Part shown: positions 1 to 10,983 of the stretch, piece after piece | How the letters are laid out: every line of letters starts with the position of its first letter | How positions within the stretch are numbered: position 1 is the first letter of the stretch | Assembly: GCF_006345805.1 (NCBI RefSeq) | Contig: NC_043003.1 | Coordinates: 50,840,001-50,904,000, forward strand | Reading direction: 5' to 3' | Source of the DNA: Octopus sinensis | Taxonomy: Eukaryota | DNA length: 64,000 nt | The notes under the pieces: generated by a model | The model's input: the letters and a program-made list of their open reading frames with translations, nothing else | Told to the model about the DNA's origin: nothing | The model's database searches: none | Program-made: the position numbers and the translations under genes

Positions 1-1021
1 TTTCTCTTTTGAAGCCTTTGTATGGTTTATGTATAGATGAGTACTTGTACATATGCTTATATACGTACATAAATACAAACACACGCGCATACTCACAAAC
101 CCGCTCGCCCACATACACACACACGTGTATACATGTGTGTGTGTGTGTCTGTCTGTCTGTCTGTCTGTGCGTGTGCAAAGATCCATCATAAAACTGCACA
201 ACTATGTTTTTCCTGCCTCTCTGAAATAGCGTCTTTCCCAATTGAAAGCATAACAAACTATCCAAACTGCTTCCTGTACATTATCAGTAACTACATACAT
301 ATAGAAGTGTGCACATGCATAAAACAGAAGCACATACACATAGATGCACTCCCACTTCCATACACATACACATTCATACACACATGCGCACAGACCCCCA
401 TAAATCACGAATGTTAGGAATTAAAACGTGCTAAAAATAAAACACGAATAACGAGAAGCACAGTTTATGGCCAATATCTGATCCATATCATAGAAACCTC
501 ACATCTACATGCCCAGCCTGTCACAAACACCGAAATACATCATTAACACTTTATAACGATATTGCTGCAGTTTGTTAGAACTGCGATTATTTCACAGGAT
601 TCATAAAAAAAAACAAGAAAACTCAGAAATACACAAATAGACCAAAAGTGTTGCGGCACCAACAGAGGGTGCAAAGTTGAACCTTCCTTCTCGTGGTGTT
701 ACAGTTAACATGGATTGTACCAATTGGGGCCAGGACTGCAGCAACACCAACCCTTCATTCTTGCTAGAATACGTATGCTGGAGAGATCATTAGCCATAAG
801 TAATTCATAAATTGTTATAGGGGAAACACGTTGGGGTACATTGCTAAGCGAAAGCTTCTCGTGTATAACGCTAAATCCCGAGGCGAAGAGTCATTGTAAC
901 ACATGACAGCTTCATCAACGTCAGCATCAATAGCAGCTCTAAGTTCACACTCTGTAGTGGATTGCAAACCTGCTTTAGCGAATCGTAGATGAATTCACCT
1001 AAATCATATTCACATACACTT

Positions 1022-1078
1022 TTACTCTTTCACTTGTTTCAGTCATTTGACTGTGGCCATGCTGGAGCACCGCCTTTT
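1022..1078 (-). mobile_element. 3' tail fragment of SINE family A (octopus tRNA-derived CORE-type SINE)
   Basis: Minus strand reads aaggcggtgctccagcatggccacagtcaaatgactgaaacaagtgaaagagtaaa. The same tail recurs at 34325-34375, 47785-47840 and 50301-50350. Confidence 0.85.
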
Positions 1079-1086
1079 AATGTGTG

Positions 1087-1206
1087 ACGCTTACAGAACC
1101 TAGGTTTCCCAAACGGTCACCCATCTAAGTATAAACTAGTCTCGACGTTGCTTAACTTCGGTGATCGGACGAGAGCCGGTGCTTTCAACGAGATATGGCC
1201 ATAAGC
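1087..1206 (-). rRNA. 5S_rRNA: 5S rRNA, single dispersed copy (probably a retroposed pseudogene or SINE head)
   Basis: 120 nt: GCTTATGGCCATATCTCGTTGAAAGCACCGGCTCTCGTCCGATCACCGAAGTTAAGCAACGTCGAGACTAGTTTATACTTAGATGGGTGACCGTTTGGGAAACCTAGGTTCTGTAAGCGT. Helix I (GCUUAUGG/CUGUAAGC), box A (AGTTAAGC) and a box C-like motif are present. There is no oligo-T terminator and no neighbouring copy. Confidence 0.92.
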
Positions 1207-1646
1207 AAAACGTAAAGACGGACGAATGTCTATTTCTTTACTATCCACAAGGGGCTACACACAGAGGAGACAAACAAGGACAGACAAACGGATTAAGTCG
1301 ATTATATCGACCCCAGTGCGTAACTGGTACTTAATTTATCGACCTCCAAAGGATGAAAGGTAAAGTCGACCTCGGCGGGATTTGAACTCAGAACGTAACG
1401 GCAGACGAAATAACTATTTCTTTACTACCCACAAGGGGCTAAACACAGAGAGGACAAACAAGGACAGACAAACGGATTAAGTCGATTATATCGATCCCAG
1501 AACGTAACTGGTACTTATTTAATTGACCCCGAAAGGATGAAAGGCAAAGTCGACCTCAGCAGAATTTGAACTCGGAACGTAACGGCAGACGAAATACCGT
1601 TAAGCATTTCGCCCGGCGCGCTAAAGTTTCCGCCAGCTCGCCGCCT
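1207..1646 (-). mobile_element. SINE family B (tRNA-derived) head plus tandem 184-bp body units
   Basis: Head aggcggcgagctggcggaaac at 1646-1625, B-box-like gagttcaaatt, units starting at 1231 and 1415 (period 184), and a partial third unit at 1207-1230. Confidence 0.85.
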
Positions 1647-1672
1647 AGTAACATTTTTTTTTATTCTGACCA

Positions 1673-1829
1673 CAGGAGTGGCTGTGTGGTAAGTAGCTTG
1701 CTTACCAACCACATAGTTCCGGGTTCAGTCCCACTGCGTGGCATCTTGGGCAAGTGTCTTCTACTATAGCCTCGGGCCGACCAAAGCCTTGTGAGTGGAT
1801 TTGATAGACGGAAACTGAAAGAACCCGTC

Positions 1830-1872
<43 letters not shown>

Positions 1873-1979
1873 TGTATGTCTGTATTTGTCCCCCCAACGT
1901 CGCTTGACAACCGATGCTGGTGTGTTTACGTCCCTGTAACTTAGCGGTTCAGCAAGAGTGACCGATAGAATAAGTACTA
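1673..1979 (+). mobile_element. SINE family A (tRNA-like head, CORE-like body, internal (TA)n)
   Basis: ggagtggctgtgtggtaag (A-box-like), gggttcagtccc (B-box-like), cttgggcaagtgtcttctactatagcctcgggc. Homologous copies at 34325-34636, 37430-37800, 45371-46095 and 50301-50770. Confidence 0.88.
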
Positions 1980-2329
1980 TGTGTACTTCCATGCGTATAT
2001 TCTCATAAATTTACTTTATTTTTAATGTTTGAGTATGTTATATTTATATCAAGCTTTATACCAACAAGATTGTTTTAGGCATATTTTTTCAACGATAGTT
2101 TGTCATAAAATGAAAGATCATAAAATAACTAGATTTTCACTTTCTTTAGAACTCTTTTGCATGTTTTGGGTGTGTGTGTGTGTGTGTGTTTGTACAAAGT
2201 TTTCTATATGTCCGAAACCAATAATTCGATTACGTTGCCAAAGGAAGCTCTCCAGATGATTTTGTGTCATGTTTGTTCTGAGAGAGTATATTGATCAATT
2301 TAAGTTTATTGAATGAACATACTGTTGAG

Positions 2330-3600
2330 GCTGTTGTTGGCCGGTTCTTATCAAAATTTTACTTCATTATCCAACACGTTAAACGAACATGTAATTTGCC
2401 TGTAGTTTAACTTCAATTTGCAAACCGCGTCAGTGATATTTTTTATCCGTCACCAGAGTGTAAATGATATTTTAAAACCGTCATGAGATTGTCAAACTAT
2501 GGTCGGAGTTTCTTCAGATTTTTTATAACGTTTTCAATGTTTCTCATTTGTTTACTTTCAGTAGTTCAAAGAATGTAACACTTCAATACAGCACTCTACT
2601 GAGTCCATATCCAAAATTCAGCGTGAAGGAAAGATAGATCTTTCGTACATTCGTGTACTTGGTTGCTATATTTCCAACATTATTATAACCTTGGCCTCTT
2701 GCAATCTTCCAAGAGAATGCTACTTTCACTCACTGTTTCATTTTGCTAGTTTAAAATCTCAGAACCTGTTTTCTCATAACAGTCTTCAAAAGATAGCACT
2801 TTCTCTTGAACCGTAATCTCTACTTTGAAGATAATTTATGATGAATATTGTATGTTTGACATGTGTAGAATGAGATAAAGCATCAGCCATTATTGAATAG
2901 CATTTTGTCTTTATTTTTCCGAGAAGAAGTGTTTCAAAACGAGATCCCAGCAAAAAGAGATAAAAATTCATTTTGTGATTCATTTAGCAAATAATGCGCT
3001 TACATCTCTTCACATTTTCCTGGCTTTCTTTTATCTTCTTGACATGAGTTTCAAGAACGGAATACCATTGGGATAAATATCTAACAAAATCGGGGAAATT
3101 ACCATTCTGAAAATAACCAATCAGATGAGAGTTTGCACGGAATGCTCACATCTTTTCATACAAAATTAAAACAACGCCAATTATATATTTAAAATAGTGG
3201 TCCAGTTAGCAACGTCCACTGAAATATATTTATGCAGCAAATGTCCAAGTATATGATTGAATGAATTCTTAATTCGATCACTTTCCATGATTCATAATTC
3301 AAATTATGCTGGTTACTACACTGAATATCAAGCATTCTGTCACATGAGTTTCTCTATTTTTCTGTTAGACCATCTATTCTCTGTTGGTAAATCTGATGTA
3401 TTAGCTTCGATTTTTCCATTGAGTCGACATAGCTTCTTTGAACATTCTACATTATCCAATCTTCTTCAGATATTTCACCATTATGATTTCTGTTTAAAGA
3501 TGTCAACTGGAAGGCATTGCTACTCACTATCGCTGTGAGATATTTTGCACAAAGAAATATGTCCTCTCTGCATGCATTTTCACTATTCACTGCGCTTCTT
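2330..3600 (-). mobile_element. Decayed hAT-superfamily transposase (ZMYM1-like/DUF4371 type)
   Basis: Colinear motifs across frameshifts and stops: NGEI..DWI, WTTILKYIIGVVLILYEKM*AFR, NGNFPDFVRYL..VLETH, YSIMADA..H..IFII, VQEKVLSFEDCYEKTGSEI, GQGYNNVGN. TIRs not identified. Confidence 0.8.
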
Positions 3601-5777
3601 TGTATTAAATTTCCAATATCAAATCAATTCCATGTATCATTGATATATTCTTTTTCATAACTTGGTTTTCATTTAAAGGCATTTTGTTCACTTTCATTGT
3701 GCCCATTTCTTTGGGTACGATCAATGGTTTATGATCAACAGTTTCCCTCTGAGCTTTAGATGAAGTTGTTTCGTTTTTTCTGTTTGGTCTTGAGCAAATT
3801 ATTCAGTTTCTACTGATAAATATTCATTACTTTGAAACTAATGTCCATATCCAATAACGACCACTTTTCTTCGTGTTCTATTCGTTTTTGTACAGCAGAC
3901 TTTGGTTTATACATTGCATATGTTGTACCCCTTATAATCTGATTGGTAGAATAATGAATCAATTACACAGCTTGTGGTTTCATAATACTAGTTTCAAACT
4001 GGCCATAATTCAAACATGGAATATTTCAAATCTTAATTTGCAACATTAATCAAACACTCGACAAAACAACCAAACATTACTCAAACAATCAACACAGCAA
4101 TCAATCAAACAAAAACAAAATCGTTTGTGAATATACATTGATATTTTCCAGTTTAAAAACAAAATTGATTAATGCACTGTAGAAAACATCCATCAATATT
4201 TACTTGTTTTGAAAAGTCAATTGGATAATGTGTTTTAAAAGAAAAGTGTAGTCGAAATCGATTTAGAAAAAAAAAGATATGGCAAATTTGTGATTCGCTC
4301 GACTAGGATGTGTCTTGCATTAAAACTAGCCAAATAAAAGCAGTTCCATGTTGTAGAAAATGACTTTAAATGAATCTCTTTGAATTAACTTTTTCCTTTA
4401 GTGTCAATCGTGTACTAGCGGATCATGACACTGAAGTAGAAGAAAACGAGTTAACATCCGTTCTTACAAACTTGTAGGAATAGATATCACCAAAATATTC
4501 CTCATTCAACCTTAACGTGCAACATGATTCGAGACACCTAAAAGAAAGTTGATTCTATATAGCATTATTACTTTATGATGCCTATGTAAAAAGAGAATGC
4601 GAAGAACAAATGTTGGACTTATCTAGAGCCGAGTGAAATGAACCAAAAACCAGTGACGCTATCATCTAAAATAATCAAAAACAAGTGGCTCACGAGCTAC
4701 AGATCTACAGATTGGTTAAACATTCTTATTCTGCTGAAATTTCTTATTTGGCTATAATTTCTGATTTGGTTGAAATTTTTTAATGAAATTTTTTAAAATG
4801 TACTAAATAAAACACAGCGATAATGTGGCGGAGATAAAATCTGTGATGGAGGAAGAAAGACATGAGATATGAGTAAAGAAGTTGAGTAGTTATGCTGGTG
4901 AGGAAAAAATACCCTCCCTGTACATGCGTGTGCATTATTATACAACACAACTGGTAGTCGTAAAGCTAGCTACTGGTAGCTTGCCACTGTTTCGTAGCAA
5001 TGTACAGACTAATGATTACTGACTGACTGGTCGGTTGATATAACTAGATTTATATCCAGTACCATCTGGGGAGAGCGTGACTAACGTCTTACAGCGTACT
5101 AAACTACCTAGAGCAATATTAGACTCCCCGCTTTGTTTATTAAGTGAAAATACTTAGCCTATTAACCATAACGTATCCCACAATTTAACTTCAAAATATT
5201 TTGAAGCATTATTTATGTTCCCCTTAATCACCCGTGGGCTCCAAAACTCGGCCCCGTCTGATTCATCATCTAATTATACGTATTAGCTTATATGTATATA
5301 TGATGCGGAGGTACGTACTTGTATTCGTGTATATCTGTATAAGATTTTGTCTACTTGTTGTATATGCATTTGTTACAATGAATGCATAAATTTTAGGTGT
5401 GAATATTGCGCCGTGCTACAAGTATGTTTTCTAATGCATTTAATTGCGAGCATCTGTTGTGAGTTATGCATTCATAATTTTGAACGTGAATGATAGATGT
5501 TCTTTGATACGTGTATGTATGTATGTGTGCGCGTGTGCATGTGTGTGGTGTGTGTGTGCATGTGTGTGTATGTGGCGTAAATTTCTGAGCTGTAAGGTTT
5601 CTTTATTTGGGCGTATGTGTATATGTATGTGTGCATACGCGTGCATATACACACACAAACACATATGTATGTATGCCACAAAATTGTATGTATATATGCA
5701 ACAAGACCTCCATAAATTAGGAACACTGACTAGAATTAGAAATCCTTTGAATGACAATCATACGATAGCAATGCATA

Positions 5778-6013
5778 GGTAAAGGTAAGGGCGAGTTTCC
5801 CGGTTTCCATGCTGCATAGATTCTTCACCTGGACACCTGGACGGGACGCCGGTCCATCGCTTTGTTGTTCATTTTTGCCAGCTGAGTGGACTGGAGCAAC
5901 GTGAAATGAAGAGTTTTGCTCAAGGACACAACGCGTCGTCCGGTCTAGGAATCGAAACTATAATCTTACGATCATGAATCCAACACCCTAACCATTAAAC
6001 CACGCGCCTCCAC
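5778..6013 (-). mobile_element. SINE family C (tRNA-derived CORE-SINE)
   Basis: gtggaggcgcgtggtttaatggttagggtgttgg...gtttcgattcc...gtgtccttgagcaaaactcttcatttcacgttgctccagtccactcagctg. A second copy lies at 34730-34971. Confidence 0.85.
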
Positions 6014-6424
6014 TAATATTATGGTATAATACATACAACAAAGCTATCATAAACCAAGAATCCCCAAGAACCCCCTAAACGTTCGTATGTGTTAGCTTGA
6101 AGAGAGTATTGTCTCCACAGTTCTACTGTTGGTGCTACGTGCATTTTAGACTACATCCACAAAAAGGCCATTGGAAAGACTGGCACGAAGTCGCTCACAA
6201 ACCCCAAATATTTGCCTAGAGGTGTGTTATCAACCTTTTATGCCTTTTCTACTGTTACAACAATAGCCCTGTCCTTTAAAGCTTAGCTGGTCTCGTGTTA
6301 CTGGCACACAGATATACTAACATGAAGATATCAGCTTCTAAAAGCTGACTTCTAAAAGCGGAATTGCAAACTCAATGGCATATACATTCGAGCATTTACA
6401 CGCAGACACACATATGATATAGCC

Positions 6425-6445
6425 AGAGATAGATAGATAGATAGG

Positions 6446-6504
<59 letters not shown>

Positions 6505-6609
6505 GTAGGTAGGTAGGTAGGTAGGTAGGTAGGTAGGCAGGTAGGTAGGTAGGTAGGTAGGCAGGTAGGTAGGTAGGTAGGTAGGTAAGTAGGTGATAGA
6601 CAGACAGAC

Positions 6610-6672
<63 letters not shown>

Positions 6673-6687
6673 CAAATAGATAGACAA

Positions 6688-6733
<46 letters not shown>
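6425..6733. repeat. Compound (GATA)n/(GGTA)n/(GACA)n microsatellite
   Basis: Direct reading; it explains the LSIY/PTYL ORFs. Confidence 0.97.
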
Positions 6734-6735
<2 letters not shown>

Positions 6736-6898
6736 GTTTCTTTATTGGCCACACAGGGCTGCACACAGATGGGACAAGTTACAAGGTAGAGCTTTTCTTT
6801 TGGGGGATGAAAAAAAGGGGGTGGCGTAGGTTTTCGATCAAGAGGGATCGTAAAAGAGAAGAAAAGAACAAAAAAGAAGAGAAAAAAATAGAATAAAA
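6734..6898 (-). mobile_element. 5'-truncated retroposon 3' end embedded in (GATA)n
   Basis: Minus strand ends cttgtcccatctgtgtgcagccctgtgtggccAATAAAgaaac and runs into (TATC)n. GATA repeats flank both sides. Confidence 0.55.
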
Positions 6899-6906
6899 AT
6901 AGATAG

Positions 6907-6937
<31 letters not shown>

Positions 6938-7283
6938 GTACCATTGAACCATGGACAAGTGTCTCCTACAATGCCTCATGAATAAGTTCGTTAGACGAAA
7001 CGTATGCAGAATGCTGTCGTCTGCGTGTGTGCGTCATTGTCTGTATTTGTTATTTTTACTGCTTGATAACCAATGTTGACTCCTATAGGTTACATAACTT
7101 TGCAGTACGTCAAAAATGCACCGATAATCTAGCAACAGATATTTTTTAAAAATTAGTGCCAGGGGCGATTTTGACTAGAACGCTTGAAGGTGGTGGTGCC
7201 AGAGCATGGCCGCATACCAATGACGGAAACAAGTAAAAGATGATTCTAATAGACTACTGGTGGTGTATACAATCGTATGTATA

Positions 7284-7343
<60 letters not shown>

Positions 7344-7891
7344 AACGTATATGCGTATAAGCGTATATGCGTATAAGCGTATATGCGTATAAGCGGCAGG
7401 GGAAAAAAGCGAGCGAGTACTCGCGCACCTCCGCGTGAAACTCATTGATGTCGGCGACATAACTGTAATAACGAAGACGCCAAGTTTTGTCTGTTTAAAC
7501 AAGACTGTAGTCACTATTTGGAGAAATCTTTCTTACGAAATCTTACAGCAGCTCTGAATTCGCCTTTAGCAAGGAAGCTATTAGACTTAATTGGAACTGA
7601 ATATAATACAAGTAATAATTAATCATTACTAATTATTTATCAAGTTGATATGCAGCGGCGACGAAAGTGGTGGGTGTGGGATGAAAACAGCAAAGAGTTC
7701 ATTGTAAACAGCTGTCTCTGTTTTAACATCACCTGTAATTTTGTCTTCCTCGTGCTATTCTCTCTCTCCCACTATCTGTTATCTTTACGTAGATAGAACC
7801 TCCCCCTCTATATACACACACACACACATACACACTGATATTCATATAATCACCCATATGCATACATAGATGTAAAGACGTGTGTATATAA

Positions 7892-7928
<37 letters not shown>

Positions 7929-8179
7929 CTTATCTATATTTATTTATATATATGTGAATATATATTATGTGCATATATGTATATACGTGATTATGTGTGT
8001 GTGTGTGTGCGTGTGCGTGCGTGTGTGTATCTATTCGTATGTATGTATATATGCATGCTTATAAACAAGTACATATATGTGTGTACATATACATACATAC
8101 ACATATATACATATATACTTTTAGATAGCTAATTTAGAATCCATATTCAAAAGTATATGCGCGCGCGCGCGTGTGTGTA

Positions 8180-8215
<36 letters not shown>

Positions 8216-8309
8216 CACATATATAGTGAGAATTTACAAAAAAAAACAAAAAACAAAAGACGAAGACGGATGTGTAAACAACAAACATATATATATACAC
8301 TAGAGACAT

Positions 8310-8920
8310 CAGCTTTCCTCAGGACCTGTGTTTCTGGAGTTTTTAAGGTCCAGCCAACATTCAAAATGTGTCTCAGACATCTCTGATGAAGACATTCAAG
8401 GACCCTTACATGGCCTTTGTAAAGGGTTCATGTCTCACATGAGTAAAAGAGCGATGTCAGTACACATGCACGTTACATAGCAATTTTTCTTTGCCTTGTG
8501 ATGCCACGCTGGAACCAGACACGAGACTGAAGTGACCGGAAGGTATTCGTTGCTCTCTGCAGCCCGAAAGGTATTTCATCATTCAGGGAGCAAGAACGGC
8601 TGAGTGTGCTGCCCAGGCAGACACACTTTTCTACCACTTTCAGTATTGTTCCTTCAACCAAGACAGCTGATTCCACATATGGATTTCCTGCCCTACAATC
8701 ACTATAGTTATCCAACAGAGTGCGCACATTCCAACATGAAATGTTCAAGTTACATCCAAACTTTGTAAAAAGCCTCTCTTTGTTTTTAGAGAGCAAGGTG
8801 GGCATCCGTTATTCGCGTTAAACTGACCAAATATAGAAAAGACAGGCGAATTTTGGTTCACCATATGAGTCGCAGGTTCAGGGATGTGAGAGTGCCATGA
8901 TCCCCAAAATGTCCAATGAC
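8310..8920 (-). mobile_element. Internally deleted RTE-clade LINE relic
   Basis: LNISCWNVRTLLD (start of the AP endonuclease) is joined in frame to VVEKCVCLGSTLS...EI...QRATNTFRSLQSRVW..RGI (post-RT region). Further degenerate C-terminal sequence continues to about 8310. Confidence 0.8.
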
Positions 8921-9023
8921 ATTCCCTGCATATCTGGTTTTATATCAGAGTGACCTTCTAACAAAATCGGGAAATTTGTTAGTTTCTTTCTTGAATGAGG
9001 AGGAGGGGAAGATAATCACAAAT

Positions 9024-9684
9024 TACGAGGCGAAGTAATGAAATTATCCGCACTGTCACCATAACATATATTTATTCTTGTCACACTTCCTTCTGCGCAT
9101 GTATACTTATAGTTGGTACTATTGTGATCATGTGATCGAAGTTTAAGCTTGATCGCGCCATTTTTCTTTATGGCTTTACAGTGTAAGTATGGCCGCTCCA
9201 TTAGCAATGAGCACCAAAGAAAACAAAAAGCAGTGATCCAAGAGATGGTAGTGGCCAACCGGTCCACTATTACCATCTCTCGAGCTTACTGAATCTTTTC
9301 GTCAGTGGTGGAGGTTGACGGGCGTCCTGCTCCCTCTTCGTGCGTCACGCTTGCCCGACCACTTTTAAACTTCTCGATCTACTCATACACACCTCTATAC
9401 TGTCCCCGTATTGTGCTAAAAGTCTCCGATGAATTTCAGTACCTGACATACCTTTCCACAAGAGAAATCGGATCACTGCTCTTTGTTCTTCTATGGTGCA
9501 CATTGCTAATAGTGCGGCCATGCTTACACTGTAAAGCAAGAAAGAAAAATGGCGTGAACAGGTTCAAACTTCGATTACGTGACCACAATAGTTCCAACTG
9601 TTAGCACACATGCGCAGAAGGCAATGTGACAATAATAAAGATGTTATGGCGAGAGTGCTGATAATCTTTTGACTTGCCCTCGTA
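9024..9684. mobile_element. Mariner-derived fold-back element made of two 5' halves
   Basis: TA-flanked ends TA-CGAGGCGAAGT and (reverse complement) TA-CGAGGGCAAGT. The minus arm encodes MAALLAMCTIEEQRAVIRFLLWKGMSGTEIHRRL...KFKSGRASV..EEGAGRPSTS, and the plus arm starts MAAPLAMSTKE. Confidence 0.85.
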
Positions 9685-10457
9685 TTTTGCATGCCTTCTA
9701 ATGACGACATTTCTCCAACTTTTGCTCCGTATATCTTTTATCATTTTCTGACTGGTAATGTCACTTGAAGCGAAGCATAAATTTCCCAAACATTATTATT
9801 AAAAACAGTTCGTTGCTGTTGTAGTTATTGTTCATATTTTTGTTTTTGTTCAGATTTGGAAAAGGATAGGGAGATGTTTCATGCAGAATTGAGGAAAGCC
9901 ATGATATATTTTCGCGTGTTTAGTAAGTATGGAGGTAATTTGGCATTTTTTATGTGTGCAATGCGAAAAAAAGAAAATATCGGAAAGCTAGCTAAATCAT
10001 ATAATTTATTAAAGAGAGATGGCGACTAAAAATTAGATTTGGTTAGATTTGAAAATACCAAGTTAAAACGGGTAAATGGAAAAGTTACATTGTTGCGCAT
10101 TTATAGACCATGTGACGCTTCTTCCTTACGATGTCTAAACTGAGAAAATGGATGATCGAATTCATTTCAACGAACAATATGTTTGTGTGTGTGCGCGCGT
10201 ATGTTTCGCAATTTTCACGTACATCTACTCCTTTATTCATTATATTTCTTTTACTGGTTTCACTTGTTGGACTGCGGCCATGCTGTAGCAGGGGCTTCAA
10301 GGGATTTTAGTCGGTTATATTGTACCATGTACTTATTTTAGCCTGATACTTATTTGATCAATACATCTATGTCTCTTGAACCACCAAGTTACGTTTTGGC
10401 ACAAAAGCTCACAACCCGACGCATCGCTAAGCGTGCTGACTTTTCTCAAGTTTAACA

Positions 10458-10983
10458 TACAGTAAATCCTAGAGTATAGTCCGCCCTTGATTATATTACG
10501 CAGGGAATTTTTAGGAGGCTGTGCCTCTGAAAAACCTAAACCTTGTGTATAATATGCAACCCTTCTCTAACTTGAGTCGTGCGTAATTAAGCCAGCAGCA
10601 CATAGTCGAACAAACACTTCCGTGCATGCGTAATGCAATAATGGTGATGTTCTTAACTGTTATATGGGAATGTAAATATGTTTGCAAATTGTTTTTGTTA
10701 CATGTTATTCTGTGTTCTGAATACTTTTATTTTAGTAAATGTTGCTTACTGCAAGTTATGGATTATTCTTTTATGACTTCATTGCTTTCAGGCTTAGCTT
10801 AAGATATTTCCGTGCCCGACATCACAAAATGCATCTGAATAAACATTGCCGGACAGCAAATAGAGACTCGGACATTGCTTAGAAGATATTTTTCATTTTT
10901 AACCTCGTATATAGTACGCACTAGGGAATTTGACCATTAAATTTTGGGGAAAAAATGCTGATTATACTCGAGGATTTACAATA
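10458..10983. mobile_element. Non-autonomous Tc1/mariner-superfamily (pogo/Tc2-like) MITE
   Basis: Ends TA-CAGTAAATCCTAGAGTATAGTCCGC and (reverse complement) TA-TTGTAAATCCTCGAGTATAATCAGC; about 520 bp with no ORF. Confidence 0.75.

Noticed and set aside
640-1000. Unique-looking sequence with short minus-strand frames (e.g. TECELRAAIDADVDEAVMCYND)
   Set aside because: All frames are interrupted within about 60 codons and no family could be assigned.
7429-7490. CpG-rich minus-strand exon candidate (KTWRLRYYSYVADINEFHAE) next to a 12-bp palindrome GCGAGTACTCGC (7413-7424)
   Set aside because: Weak donor (gtgcgc), no homology recognised, and no partner exon.
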